41,498 nucleotides of DNA, taken from positions 1 through 41,498 of IMG/VR virus record IMGVR_UViG_3300017700_000368; one strand, written 5' to 3'. Positions within the stretch are counted from its first letter, which is position 1; the number at the start of each line of letters is the position of its first letter. The position numbers and the translations under genes are program-made. This DNA is from a virus (lineage: Duplodnaviria; Caudoviricetes). The notes under the pieces were generated by a model. That model ran no database searches. It worked only from the letters and a program-made list of their open reading frames with translations, and was not told where the DNA came from. Of this stretch, positions 9,190-17,070 are shown piece after piece.

Positions 9190-9809
9190 GCGGCGACCTC
9201 TTCAAACAAATCCCGCATAACCGGAACCGCCCCACCCCACTGCATAGCCGCAGCCTTGGCAAGCCCGTCAAAGGTCTTGCTGCGCTGCTTCCAGCGATCA
9301 GGACCGGGCGGCATGTAGTGGACGCGCTCCCGGACGTTTTTCGGCAGCAGGAGCATTTCGGCCTTCACGTCGTCAGTCGGCACCAGCAGCGGCAGGTTTT
9401 TCAGCCAGAAGCAGGTCGCTTTCTGTTCCATGTGTCCGAACCAGTACGGGTGGACAACTTGGTGCGCCTTACCCAAAACGCTAGCCAGCACAGAAACCGG
9501 CTGCTCAAGGGCGATCTTTGGGATTGGCGCCTCCCACAACTTCAGAGCAAACTCAAGCGCGGCCTGTTGCCGGCCGTCTGCCCGCTTTGCGGCGAAGTGA
9601 CGGGCGCCAGAAACGGCAAGGTGGGTGCATGGTGGGTGGAATACGGCAGCGTCCCAACCTTCGTTGAGGTGATCCAGCACATCGCCCTGGATGTGATAAA
9701 TCGACTCATCGTCAGCCGGCAGAATGTCGCAGCTCCAAGCGTCATGGCCCAAAGCTCGAAAGGCGCGGCGCATCGTGCCGGAGGATTCGCAGCCGAAAAG
9801 CCACCTCAT
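9186..9809 (-). CDS. Short DNA cytosine methyltransferase-like protein
   Basis: GCESSG, WSCDI, catalytic HPPCTHL, ALEQPV, K.TC.WLK.LP, RSKTF.GLA.A. Confidence 0.75.
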   Translation of the reverse strand: MRWLFGCESSGTMRRAFRALGHDAWSCDILPADDESIYHIQGDVLDHLNEGWDAAVFHPPCTHLAVSGARHFAAKRADGRQQAALEFALKLWEAPIPKIALEQPVSVLASVLGKAHQVVHPYWFGHMEQKATCFWLKNLPLLVPTDDVKAEMLLLPKNVRERVHYMPPGPDRWKQRSKTFDGLAKAAAMQWGGAVPVMRDLFEEVAA

Positions 9810-9964
9810 GCCGCCACCTTCGCCACAAACAGCGCACACTCCCGCTCAAACACTGGGCTAAACGACTCGTACACCTTCGCCTTTGCGCAGGCAGTGAAGC
9901 CGGGAGGGATTGGCACGCCTATGCCGTGGTCTGGGCGTTGGTGGGTGCAGGCGTTGCAGGTCAT
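9806..9964 (-). CDS. Small Cys-rich hypothetical protein (52 aa)
   Basis: MTCNACTH...; ATGA overlaps on both sides. Confidence 0.6.
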   Translation of the reverse strand: MTCNACTHQRPDHGIGVPIPPGFTACAKAKVYESFSPVFERECALFVAKVAA

Positions 9965-10104
9965 GCCGTCACCTCATCCAGCACAACAGCCTCATCCGGC
10001 AACAGGTCGCCAGTAGCCTCAAGGGCGCGGGTGATGACAGACTCCGGAACGCTTGCGCCTGCCTTCACGGCGTCCAGCAGGTTTACGGCTTGGCGGTAGG
10101 TCAT
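9961..10104 (-). CDS. Small hypothetical protein (47 aa)
   Basis: MTYRQAVNLLDAVKAG...ALEATGDL; ATGA overlaps. Confidence 0.6.
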   Translation of the reverse strand: MTYRQAVNLLDAVKAGASVPESVITRALEATGDLLPDEAVVLDEVTA

Positions 10105-10643
10105 ACTGGTGCTCTGGGGAACATGCGGTCCATCCGGGCAAGCGTTGCGCCCTCATCCCCACCGGCACAGCGCACGGCGTCAGCAATGGCCCGTTTCAGC
10201 GGAGCTAGGCCGTCAGGCTGTGCGATGGCAGCCATGCCAGCCTTTATTGCCTCCAAACGCTCGCGAGCCTTTTTGGCAATGTCTGGATTTGGCTTTGGAG
10301 GCGGCAGTGTGTCCCGATAAACAGGGCGCGGCGCGCAGGCTTTGCACAGTTGTACGAACTGCGGCAGGGTCGGCGGGAATTCGGGGTGGGCGTCCATCAC
10401 CCGGGCCAGCGCCGTTTTGACGGTGGACAGGTCGAAGTCGCGCAGGCCGTGTGCCCAGATGGTGCGGGCGCTTGCCACCCCACCATCACCGCCGTCCGCC
10501 GTCACGTCACCAGTGGCGAACTTGGACAGGAACAGGTTTCCATAAAAGCCGTGCATCACGCGAAACACGTTGTTTGCGTCCTCAGTAGGCGCGGCCTGGC
10601 GCTCTGCTGGCTTGATCATTGGGACAACTACGGGCTTAAGCAT
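10101..10643 (-). CDS. Replication protein P-like (helicase loader)
   Basis: VFRVMHGFYGNLF...W...L...EFPPTLPQFVQLC; directly after the initiator. Confidence 0.7.
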   Translation of the reverse strand: MLKPVVVPMIKPAERQAAPTEDANNVFRVMHGFYGNLFLSKFATGDVTADGGDGGVASARTIWAHGLRDFDLSTVKTALARVMDAHPEFPPTLPQFVQLCKACAPRPVYRDTLPPPKPNPDIAKKARERLEAIKAGMAAIAQPDGLAPLKRAIADAVRCAGGDEGATLARMDRMFPRAPV

Positions 10644-11406
10644 CGATGGTTCTCCTTTCGTCGGCAGAGTCATTGCCGAAAATGGTTTTTGCCGCTGCGG
10701 CGAATTTGTGGGTGTTGGCGGGACCAGACCCGGCGCGCTCGTTTGGTTTCAGCCAGTCGGCTTGCAGACCCTGCGATCCGCGAGCGCACCAGATGGACAA
10801 AAAGCGCTCAAGCGGCAACCCGGCTTTTTGGGATTCGGCGCGGGCTTCGTTGATTACGGTCGTGGTTACCGGAGCGGATTTCTTTTTCCTAAGCTGCAAC
10901 CAGTCATCCCAGACCTGTGCATTCACGTCCTCAGGACAAGGAGTAGGCGCGGTAGCGCTCTTCTTCTCTTTTGTATTCTTCTTCTCTTCTCTACTCTTCT
11001 CTTCTCTAGGTAACGCTCCGCTAACGCCGGCAGCGTTACCTTTGGCGTTACCTGTAGCGTTAGCTTTGTGGTTTGCGACACGTTTTGCGGTCAAAGCGCG
11101 GCTTTTTGCTGACGCGCCGTTGTGATATTCGAAGTGATTCAGGCAAATCCCGCCATCCGTGACGATCAGCCAACCTTGCGCTGCTACTGCACTAACGAAC
11201 CCGCTAACGCCGACAATGCGATCTAGTAACGCTGGAGTAACGCTGGCCGCGTTACCGTCAACGGTGTGCTGGTCGAACCAGCGGAACAGGCGCATCAGCT
11301 TGCCGACCGTAAGATCAGCGTCGTCCCAGCCCATGGCGACGGTGATGGCAAGCGTCTCCTGCTTTTCTGGCAAGGTGCTGTCAAACTTGAGCCACTCACC
11401 GGCCAT
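10636..11406 (-). CDS. Replication initiator (replisome organiser)
   Basis: MAGEWLK...VGKLMRLFRWFDQHT...HNGASAKSRAL, REEKSREEK linker, WDDWLQLRKKK. Confidence 0.85.
   Translation of the reverse strand: MAGEWLKFDSTLPEKQETLAITVAMGWDDADLTVGKLMRLFRWFDQHTVDGNAASVTPALLDRIVGVSGFVSAVAAQGWLIVTDGGICLNHFEYHNGASAKSRALTAKRVANHKANATGNAKGNAAGVSGALPREEKSREEKKNTKEKKSATAPTPCPEDVNAQVWDDWLQLRKKKSAPVTTTVINEARAESQKAGLPLERFLSIWCARGSQGLQADWLKPNERAGSGPANTHKFAAAAKTIFGNDSADERRTIDA
10960..11255. repeat. Iteron-like ori repeats inside the initiator gene
   Basis: GTAACGC/GCGTTAC-type units at 11010, 11021, 11033, 11045, 11057 (about 12-bp period) and 11226, 11237, 11249, next to a CT-rich tract. Confidence 0.65.
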
Positions 11407-11575
11407 CGTGGGCCTCCTGCTTGACGCGCTCAGCGATAAGCGCCTCCATGCTCATCCGGTAGCCGTCAGCCAGCCAACGGTCTGCTAGACAGCCTGTAAG
11501 CTCGTACTGCATCAGGGCAGCGGCCATCAGGGAGCCGTACTCCTTGATGTGCTGCTCAAGCTCGGCAATGGTCAT
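11396..11575 (-). CDS. Hypothetical protein
   Basis: MTIAELEQHIKEYG...; overlaps neighbours. Confidence 0.6.
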   Translation of the reverse strand: MTIAELEQHIKEYGSLMAAALMQYELTGCLADRWLADGYRMSMEALIAERVKQEAHDGR

Positions 11576-11802
11576 GCGGCGGCGCCTTCCTCTTCCACGC
11601 GGCCTGCAAGCGTGTAGGACATAACTTTTTTGCCACCAGCCAAATGGACCCATTTCTTCTGGATCTGATGCCCGGCCGCAATGAAGTCGCCCACCCTCTG
11701 ACTCAGGCTGAAGCACTGTGCCTTCTCCAGCGCATCAATAGGCGTCACCCACTGGGCTTTGAGCAGCTCCAGGAGCTTGTCTTGCATGAGTACGGCGCTC
11801 AT
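11572..11802 (-). CDS. Small winged-HTH protein
   Basis: VTPIDALEKAQCFSLSQRVGDFIAAGHQIQKKW...SYTL. Confidence 0.7.
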   Translation of the reverse strand: MSAVLMQDKLLELLKAQWVTPIDALEKAQCFSLSQRVGDFIAAGHQIQKKWVHLAGGKKVMSYTLAGRVEEEGAAA

Positions 11803-12023
11803 ACGGGCTCCTTCGGCACACGAACCCAGCACGGGCAGTCTGTGCCATCAATGGGCTTCATATAGGACGTCTGGAAGCGGCCGAACACGCCGCTCATCGA
11901 GGACGGGACTACCACCACGCCGTTCCACTTGCAAGCGGCTACGGAGTATGAGAAAACGCGCCCGGTCCGCGTCCTTATGGATTCGAGGTCGTAATGCAGG
12001 CAGGTGCGACAGGATTGCTTCAT
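11799..12023 (-). CDS. Hypothetical Cys-rich protein
   Basis: SCRTCLHY...C...DCPCW; ATGA overlaps. Confidence 0.65.
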   Translation of the reverse strand: MKQSCRTCLHYDLESIRTRTGRVFSYSVAACKWNGVVVVPSSMSGVFGRFQTSYMKPIDGTDCPCWVRVPKEPV

Positions 12024-12247
12024 GCTTGCCTCCGTTCAATCTGCGCCCGAAACCCGGCGCCGGTGTATTGCTTGTGTTGGTCGGCGTCGGCGCGCGCCGA
12101 TTGCATGTTGTTGCCGGTGTACGGCTCGCGGATCGTTGAGTTAACGTAGGTCCGCGATGGGGTGCGCAGTGGATTGCGCTGGGCACGTTCGGCGAGATAC
12201 TCAAGGGCGAGCTTTCTGCGCTGCTCTGGGCTGCTTGTGCCGCTCAT
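12020..12247 (-). CDS. Hypothetical protein
   Basis: MSGTSSPEQ...; ATGA overlaps. Confidence 0.6.
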   Translation of the reverse strand: MSGTSSPEQRRKLALEYLAERAQRNPLRTPSRTYVNSTIREPYTGNNMQSARADADQHKQYTGAGFRAQIERRQA

Positions 12248-12648
12248 GGGGTGGCCTTTTTTACGCAGTACGCGACAATGTCCCCGTCGTCGTCGTCGCC
12301 ATGCGTCCAAATCCACTCGTCCGCATACTCGTCCGGGAAGACTGAACCGTCCCGAAACTCGATATCAACCACCGTTCGGTCGGCTACCGGCTGCGTGCCA
12401 CCTGCCCAGTCAATCCATTTCGGCTCCGCTGCGGCTGGCTGGGATAGGGCTGCGAAGTAGGAACGGAAACGCTCAATGGATGCGCCCTGGTTCAGTTCGT
12501 GGGAGTCATCCCAATCGCCAATGTCTGCCGTTTCCGGCTGTTTGACGGTTATGAATGTGTATTTGCTGCGCTCGACCTCTTGCGCACAAGCATCAACACC
12601 CATGTTCTCGAAATCAAAAACGTAAACCTCGAATCGGTGCATCTCCAT
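12244..12648 (-). CDS. Hypothetical two-module phage protein
   Basis: C-terminal WIDWAGG.QPV...FRDG...WIWTH...DIVAY module; GGAG RBS. Confidence 0.7.
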   Translation of the reverse strand: MEMHRFEVYVFDFENMGVDACAQEVERSKYTFITVKQPETADIGDWDDSHELNQGASIERFRSYFAALSQPAAAEPKWIDWAGGTQPVADRTVVDIEFRDGSVFPDEYADEWIWTHGDDDDGDIVAYCVKKATP

Positions 12649-12765
12649 GTCTCTCTCCGTTGGGTTGTTAGGCGGCAGATCAGGCGGGTTCGCCACGGAT
12701 GGCTTTGCAAATCTTGTCGGCGCTGATGCAGATGCAAAAGGCCAACCACATAATTGCGGCGGCGG

Positions 12766-13128
12766 TCATTCGATCCCCGCATCAGCCATCAGGGCCTTGA
12801 TTTGCTTGAGCGCTTGAAGCTGCTTCTCTTTCTTGTGTTCGTCTTTCGCAGCGGTTCCCAAGAACTTCTCCACCAGATAGAAAATGGCTTCGTAATCCTT
12901 GGACTTTTCGAGGTGCCGCTCAAAGTCATCAATGCCAAACTTTCGCTGGCTGTCTTCCGAAAGCTGGTTGCTCAGGTTTCCAGGCGACTCGTTCAAGTCG
13001 ATAGCGCAGGTACTCAGGCCACGGCGGTAGATGCCTGTGGAAACGCAGTCCCGCAGGTTGCGGTAGCGGCTTGTCAGACCCGGCTCAAAGTCCAGCGTCA
13101 GTTGATTTTTGGGGGCTGTGATAGTCAC
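12766..13128 (-). CDS. CII-like regulator
   Basis: QLTLDFEPGL...AIDLNESPGNLSNQLS HTH; downstream of cro. Confidence 0.7.
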   Translation of the reverse strand: MTITAPKNQLTLDFEPGLTSRYRNLRDCVSTGIYRRGLSTCAIDLNESPGNLSNQLSEDSQRKFGIDDFERHLEKSKDYEAIFYLVEKFLGTAAKDEHKKEKQLQALKQIKALMADAGIE

Positions 13129-13173
13129 TGATAAAACCTTTTGTCAGTCGTTGTCACTGGGGGGTAAAAAAAT
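13118..13173 (+). promoter_or_regulatory. pRE-like element with direct repeats
   Basis: TTGTCA-N4-TTGTCA (13141, 13151) and TGATA-N5-TGATA at the cII start; points toward cI. Confidence 0.4.
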
Positions 13174-13258
13174 ATGAGGCATGCGAAACACACAACACAC
13201 AGCCGCTAACGATTCCCTGATGGGCTGGGTTAGCGCATGGGAGGCGGTTCATGGCTGC

Positions 13259-13396
13259 TTAGTCCACAAAGGTTCCAGCCCACACGCACAAGCCAGTGCC
13301 AAGGCCGGCAAGCGGGAAGTTGTAGAGCTCAACGCCCGCAATCACGCAGAAAATTCCAGCGACGTTGAGCAAAAAACCAGTGATGCGGCGGTTCAT
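13259..13396 (-). CDS. Small membrane protein (45 aa)
   Basis: MNRRITGFLLNVAGIFCVIAGVELYNFPLAGLGTGLCVWAGTFVD; starts 3 nt after the cro stop. Confidence 0.55.
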   Translation of the reverse strand: MNRRITGFLLNVAGIFCVIAGVELYNFPLAGLGTGLCVWAGTFVD

Positions 13397-13399
13397 GGC

Positions 13400-13600
13400 T
13401 CAGGCCTTCTCAGCAACAGGGGCCAAATCCTCGTAACGGACCTCGTTTTTTGTGAACGCGACAATGCCGCGATACCAAGCGGGAGGGACGCGGATTTCAC
13501 CGGTCACAGCTTGAGAAACAACAGAGGGCGATTTTTTGAGATGGGCGGCGAGTGCGGCCTGTCGCCCGGGGACCGCTGCGCACCATTTTTTGAGTTTCAT
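13400..13600 (-). CDS. cro: Cro-like repressor
   Basis: 66-aa HTH (GRQAALAAHLKKSPSVVSQ...VRYEDLAP), divergent from cI. Confidence 0.85.
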   Translation of the reverse strand: MKLKKWCAAVPGRQAALAAHLKKSPSVVSQAVTGEIRVPPAWYRGIVAFTKNEVRYEDLAPVAEKA

Positions 13601-13606
13601 GCCTCT

Positions 13607-13646
13607 AGATTAGCAAATGCTCAACCGTCCGTCAAGCGTTTGCTAA
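13607..13646 (-). promoter_or_regulatory. pR promoter with two operators
   Basis: TTGACG-17-TAATCT overlapped by TAGCAAACGCTT and AGCATTTGCTA near-palindromes; ATG is 6 nt after the -10. Confidence 0.85.
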
Positions 13647-13670
13647 TTCTTTTTTCTGTAGGGTGCGGGC

Positions 13671-14090
13671 ATGAATGAAGATGACACCCGGGCCATACGG
13701 CGGCAGCGTTTGCGCGCATGGCTGGAATCCAACGGAGGCCCCCGGGCGGTCTGCGCCAGACGGGGGCTGGACAAGTCGGCAGAGAGCTACATATCCCAGA
13801 TCCTGAGCGGCAAGCGCGACCTTACCGGGAAGTCAGCCCGCAACATGGAAAACCGGCTGGGCATGGATTCCGGCCACCTGGAGCCGCAACCGCCGAACGC
13901 AGCCGCTGCAGGCCTGTCCCCTATCGCAATCGAGCTGGCAAGACTGTTTGACACGCTGCAGGGTCAGATTGCGCGCACGGTGGCCTACAACGCCGCTACC
14001 GAGGCGATCCTGAAAGTGATGCGCGAACCTGAGCCTCCGCCCAGCGATACGCCAAGTCCTTCTGCGAAGCCAAAAAAATTGCGCGCATAA
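13671..14090 (+). CDS. cI: CI-like repressor (no S24 peptidase domain)
   Basis: IRRQRLRAWL...ESYISQILSGKRDLTGKSARNMENRLGM HTH; 139 aa. Confidence 0.85.
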   Translation: MNEDDTRAIRRQRLRAWLESNGGPRAVCARRGLDKSAESYISQILSGKRDLTGKSARNMENRLGMDSGHLEPQPPNAAAAGLSPIAIELARLFDTLQGQIARTVAYNAATEAILKVMREPEPPPSDTPSPSAKPKKLRA

Positions 14091-14400
14091 CGCCAATCTC
14101 CGCTAGCGCGTGGGCGTAGGTCCACCACATCTCATACTGCGCAGGATGCACCACCACGGCGGCTGTCGGACTGTCGGGCGCATACAACCCCACCGGCACC
14201 GGTAGCATGCTCACAAACGTTGTAACACCTGTGTCCATTCGCACAATCGCACCGATTGCGCCCATGGTGTGTTGCGTAATCTTCTCCCGCAGCGCGCCGA
14301 AGGATTCGCAGCTCAATAAGCCGTAATAGCAGACCTCCATCAGCCCAGAGGGAAGCTGGCGGCAGGTTGCCTTTGCGGACAGGTGATGACAGGTGAACAT
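13996..14400 (-). CDS. Hypothetical protein, possibly SpoIIAA/STAS-SEC14-like
   Basis: GGAGG RBS, AT-rich upstream region; AAVVV...G..RAIF...A..W pattern. Confidence 0.55.
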   Translation of the reverse strand: MFTCHHLSAKATCRQLPSGLMEVCYYGLLSCESFGALREKITQHTMGAIGAIVRMDTGVTTFVSMLPVPVGLYAPDSPTAAVVVHPAQYEMWWTYAHALAEIGVMRAIFLASQKDLAYRWAEAQVRASLSGSPR

Positions 14401-14578
14401 GAAGCCTCCGATAGATAGTTATTACTCATTAACCGCCTTATTTTCAGGCCGTGTAGTAGTAGTTCCCCTGTAATAAAAACTGTCCCTGTCAGAAATAGCG
14501 GGTAATTTTTCACACTCGCGCCCGCCCTCCCATATTCATGGGCAGGGAAACCCCTTAGAAAATATTTGCGAATTAAAT

Positions 14579-14618
14579 TTAGCAAACGCTTGACAGCCAC
14601 ATAAGCATTTGCTAATCT
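14579..14618 (+). promoter_or_regulatory. pL promoter with two operators
   Basis: TTGACA-17-TAATCT with extended -10 TG; 34 of 40 nt identical to pR. Confidence 0.88.
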
Positions 14619-14706
14619 CCTACTCACACCAACGCAAACCACGAGGCAAAGCCCTCGACGCGGATTGAGGCGGTGGATGGCTAGTAACTAACTCTGGAGA
14701 AACGAA

Positions 14707-14853
14707 ATGAGCAAAGAGCAAGCAATTCAAAACGTGATGGCCCTGTTCTCGGGCTTCGGCATCGATTGCGACCGCCAAAGTGCCGAGCAGCTGGTGGACG
14801 CCGGGATGAACGGCAAGTTGCATCAACTGATCGAGAAGGCCAAAGCCGCCTAA
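14707..14853 (+). CDS. First pL gene, 48-aa hypothetical protein
   Basis: MSKEQAIQNVMALFSGFGIDCD...; GGAGA RBS. Confidence 0.65.
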   Translation: MSKEQAIQNVMALFSGFGIDCDRQSAEQLVDAGMNGKLHQLIEKAKAA

Positions 14854-14934
14854 CCACCCTGAAGCCTAGCGTGCTGGGCTTTGGAGTGGCTAACCCCTCT
14901 TGGGGCGAGATTGATTGAACAACAGGAGAGATAC

Positions 14935-15096
14935 ATGGATTACCAAGCGCCAGATTTGAGCCACATGTCGAACGATGACCTTTGCGCGCTGATGCTCGCC
15001 TGCGGTCTGAGCAATGACCCGAGCGACAGAGCATTTGTCAAAGCTTGCCGCGATGAACTTGCCAAGCGCAAGCCAGAGCCCAAGTCCGCAGCCTAA
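14935..15096 (+). CDS. Hypothetical protein
   Basis: MDYQAPDL...; AGGAG RBS. Confidence 0.65.
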   Translation: MDYQAPDLSHMSNDDLCALMLACGLSNDPSDRAFVKACRDELAKRKPEPKSAA

Positions 15097-15114
15097 CCCC
15101 CAAGGGAGCAGAGC

Positions 15115-15411
15115 ATGGATAACGAAATTGCACTGACGATCCCCGTGACGCTCACGCCTGAAACGCTGGCGCGGTCTTTCTGGGCCATGAACAGCGTTGA
15201 ACAGGCAGAGTTCTTCGCTGCGTTGAACAAGGTCATCCAGCACGATCACGCAACCGACCCCAAAAGCTGGGCGTGGTCCCTTGGCGAAATGCAGTGGCTT
15301 TATCTCGGCGACGAACTGGATAAGAGCCAGCCTGCACGCGAAATGCTGATGGCAATGGCTGCGCCTGTTTACATGCACACGCTGCTGGCAACCGAAGCGA
15401 GGGCGTCATGA
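15115..15411 (+). CDS. Hypothetical protein
   Basis: 98 aa; LTPETLARSFWAMNSVEQAEFF. Confidence 0.75.
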   Translation: MDNEIALTIPVTLTPETLARSFWAMNSVEQAEFFAALNKVIQHDHATDPKSWAWSLGEMQWLYLGDELDKSQPAREMLMAMAAPVYMHTLLATEARAS

Positions 15412-15734
15412 CCCACCAAGCCGCCCGCACAGCGTCCCATGCGCTGATGGATGTGTCAAACCTTGCCAGTCACAACGAGCTGACAACGCTTGCTGGCAAC
15501 TTCGGATGGCTTCTTTCAAAGAGCCTCGCACTGTCGCCCAGTGTGGCTAAGGCGCTCTCCCTGCAAATGGTCGAAATCATGGACGCCATTGACCAGGATC
15601 TGGTTAACCAGCAGGCAGAGCAAAGCTGGAACGAAGCGCAAACCCGCGCTGCTGGATTCGCCCTCACCCCTGCAGATCACGCCCTTGCCGAGATTGCAGG
15701 GATACGCAAACAACCTTTGGAGATACGAGCATGA
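15408..15734 (+). CDS. Hypothetical protein
   Basis: ATGA overlaps on both sides. Confidence 0.7.
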   Translation: MTHQAARTASHALMDVSNLASHNELTTLAGNFGWLLSKSLALSPSVAKALSLQMVEIMDAIDQDLVNQQAEQSWNEAQTRAAGFALTPADHALAEIAGIRKQPLEIRA

Positions 15735-16075
15735 ACATTGAACGCTTACAGAAACTGGCCGACCATTTGCGGGGTGTGCCGCCGGAGGCCTTTGACCTTG
15801 ATCAGTGGAGCTGTGGGAGTGTTGCATGCGCCGTTGGGCACGCCTGTCTCATTCCAGAATTTGCCGAGCAAGGGCTGACCCTCAAAAAGTCTGAAAACCG
15901 CAATTTCCTTGAGCCGGTGTTTGGGTTTAGTGAGGGCTGGGACGCCGTTAGCTATTTCTTTGATATCTGTGAGGAGGACGCCGAACACCTTTTTGGCGCT
16001 TGGCAGTATTTGAGGGCTGATCGCCATCCCGAAGCTGTTGCCAAACGCATCGAAGCGTTGCTAGGTGCCGCATGA
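15731..16075 (+). CDS. Conserved phage hypothetical protein
   Basis: FDLDQWSCGSVACAVGHA motif. Confidence 0.75.
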   Translation: MNIERLQKLADHLRGVPPEAFDLDQWSCGSVACAVGHACLIPEFAEQGLTLKKSENRNFLEPVFGFSEGWDAVSYFFDICEEDAEHLFGAWQYLRADRHPEAVAKRIEALLGAA

Positions 16076-16151
16076 AACCAATCCCAACCTGCCCGCACCC
16101 TGTGCTTAGCAAGCTGCGCGCTTTGTTCGCCTGGATTTACTGGAGGAAGTG

Positions 16152-16325
16152 ATGAGCTACCCAACAACCCGAATGTTTAGCAGAACGCTGGGCCAAGCCT
16201 TTGCCGACGAGCGCGCCGTGTGCGTGTACCTGCCGCTAAAGCGTATCGGCTACATGGCCGTCAACTGGACGATTGCAGCCGCTGTCGTTTTCCTGATTCT
16301 GCTTTTCTCCTTGGAGGGCTTTTGA
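16152..16325 (+). CDS. Small membrane protein (57 aa)
   Basis: MSYPTTRMFSRTLGQAF...C-terminal TM; GGAGG RBS. Confidence 0.6.
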   Translation: MSYPTTRMFSRTLGQAFADERAVCVYLPLKRIGYMAVNWTIAAAVVFLILLFSLEGF

Positions 16326-16326
16326 C

Positions 16327-16557
16327 ATGAGCAAGAAACAACCGAAGTTGACCGGCTGGTTTGAAAAGAAGCGACAACCCGCTCGCATTGGCGTATACGA
16401 AACCCGCCAAAACCATGACGAAAAAACATGGTACAGCTTTTGGGATGGCTCACAGTGGCGCGGCGAATGGTACACGCCCCAGAGAGCGGCCAATTACGCC
16501 TCCGGCTGCTTTGGTATGACGGCTACACATTGGCGCGGACTGGCGGTGAAGCCATGA
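16327..16557 (+). CDS. Hypothetical Trp-rich protein
   Basis: LTGWF...PARIGVYE...YSFWDG..W...WRGLA. Confidence 0.75.
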   Translation: MSKKQPKLTGWFEKKRQPARIGVYETRQNHDEKTWYSFWDGSQWRGEWYTPQRAANYASGCFGMTATHWRGLAVKP

Positions 16558-16898
16558 ACTGCCCCTGCCCAAACCCCACAAATTGCAGCCCGACGTACTG
16601 CCACTTCACAGAGGCCGATCTGACGCCCGGACTGAAGGTGCAAATGCTTGGCCCGGAAGAGCCTGACCCATCCGCTGCTTTGATAGCGCGGGCAAATGAA
16701 CACATCCGCAAGCTGGAGGCGAGAAGTCTGCCGCTGCATGTCAAAGCCTGGGACTGGGTTGGCAACCTGCCGCACAAGGCCAAGAAATATGCCCGCAGCA
16801 ATGGTTTTGACAGCCCTGTATCCATGGCAGTTGTTGCTGTGCTGCTTGTTGCTGGCTGTGTGCTGGTGGCTCTTACTGCTTTGCCGGTGCCGAAATGA
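16554..16898 (+). CDS. Hypothetical membrane-anchored protein
   Basis: MNCPCPNP...; C-terminal TM; ATGA overlaps. Confidence 0.6.
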   Translation: MNCPCPNPTNCSPTYCHFTEADLTPGLKVQMLGPEEPDPSAALIARANEHIRKLEARSLPLHVKAWDWVGNLPHKAKKYARSNGFDSPVSMAVVAVLLVAGCVLVALTALPVPK

Positions 16899-17059
16899 GC
16901 CGCACAAAAGACATGGTTATGGACCGCATGGCCGCTGATGACAGCTGGGACGGCGAGGGCTGGCTGCGCGACTTGAACGACGAGCCGCAGCCCGACCTGC
17001 AACCAATCAAACCAATTTCAAAAGGTCAACCGGCACCTGTAACGCCGGCATTCAACTAA
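16895..17059 (+). CDS. Small hypothetical protein (54 aa)
   Basis: MSRTKDMVMDR...; fills the gap. Confidence 0.55.
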   Translation: MSRTKDMVMDRMAADDSWDGEGWLRDLNDEPQPDLQPIKPISKGQPAPVTPAFN

Positions 17060-17070
17060 GGACTTTCATC

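Noticed and set aside
13181-13678. 165-aa plus-strand ORF upstream of cI
   Set aside because: Runs antisense across cro and through the operators; no recognisable domain.
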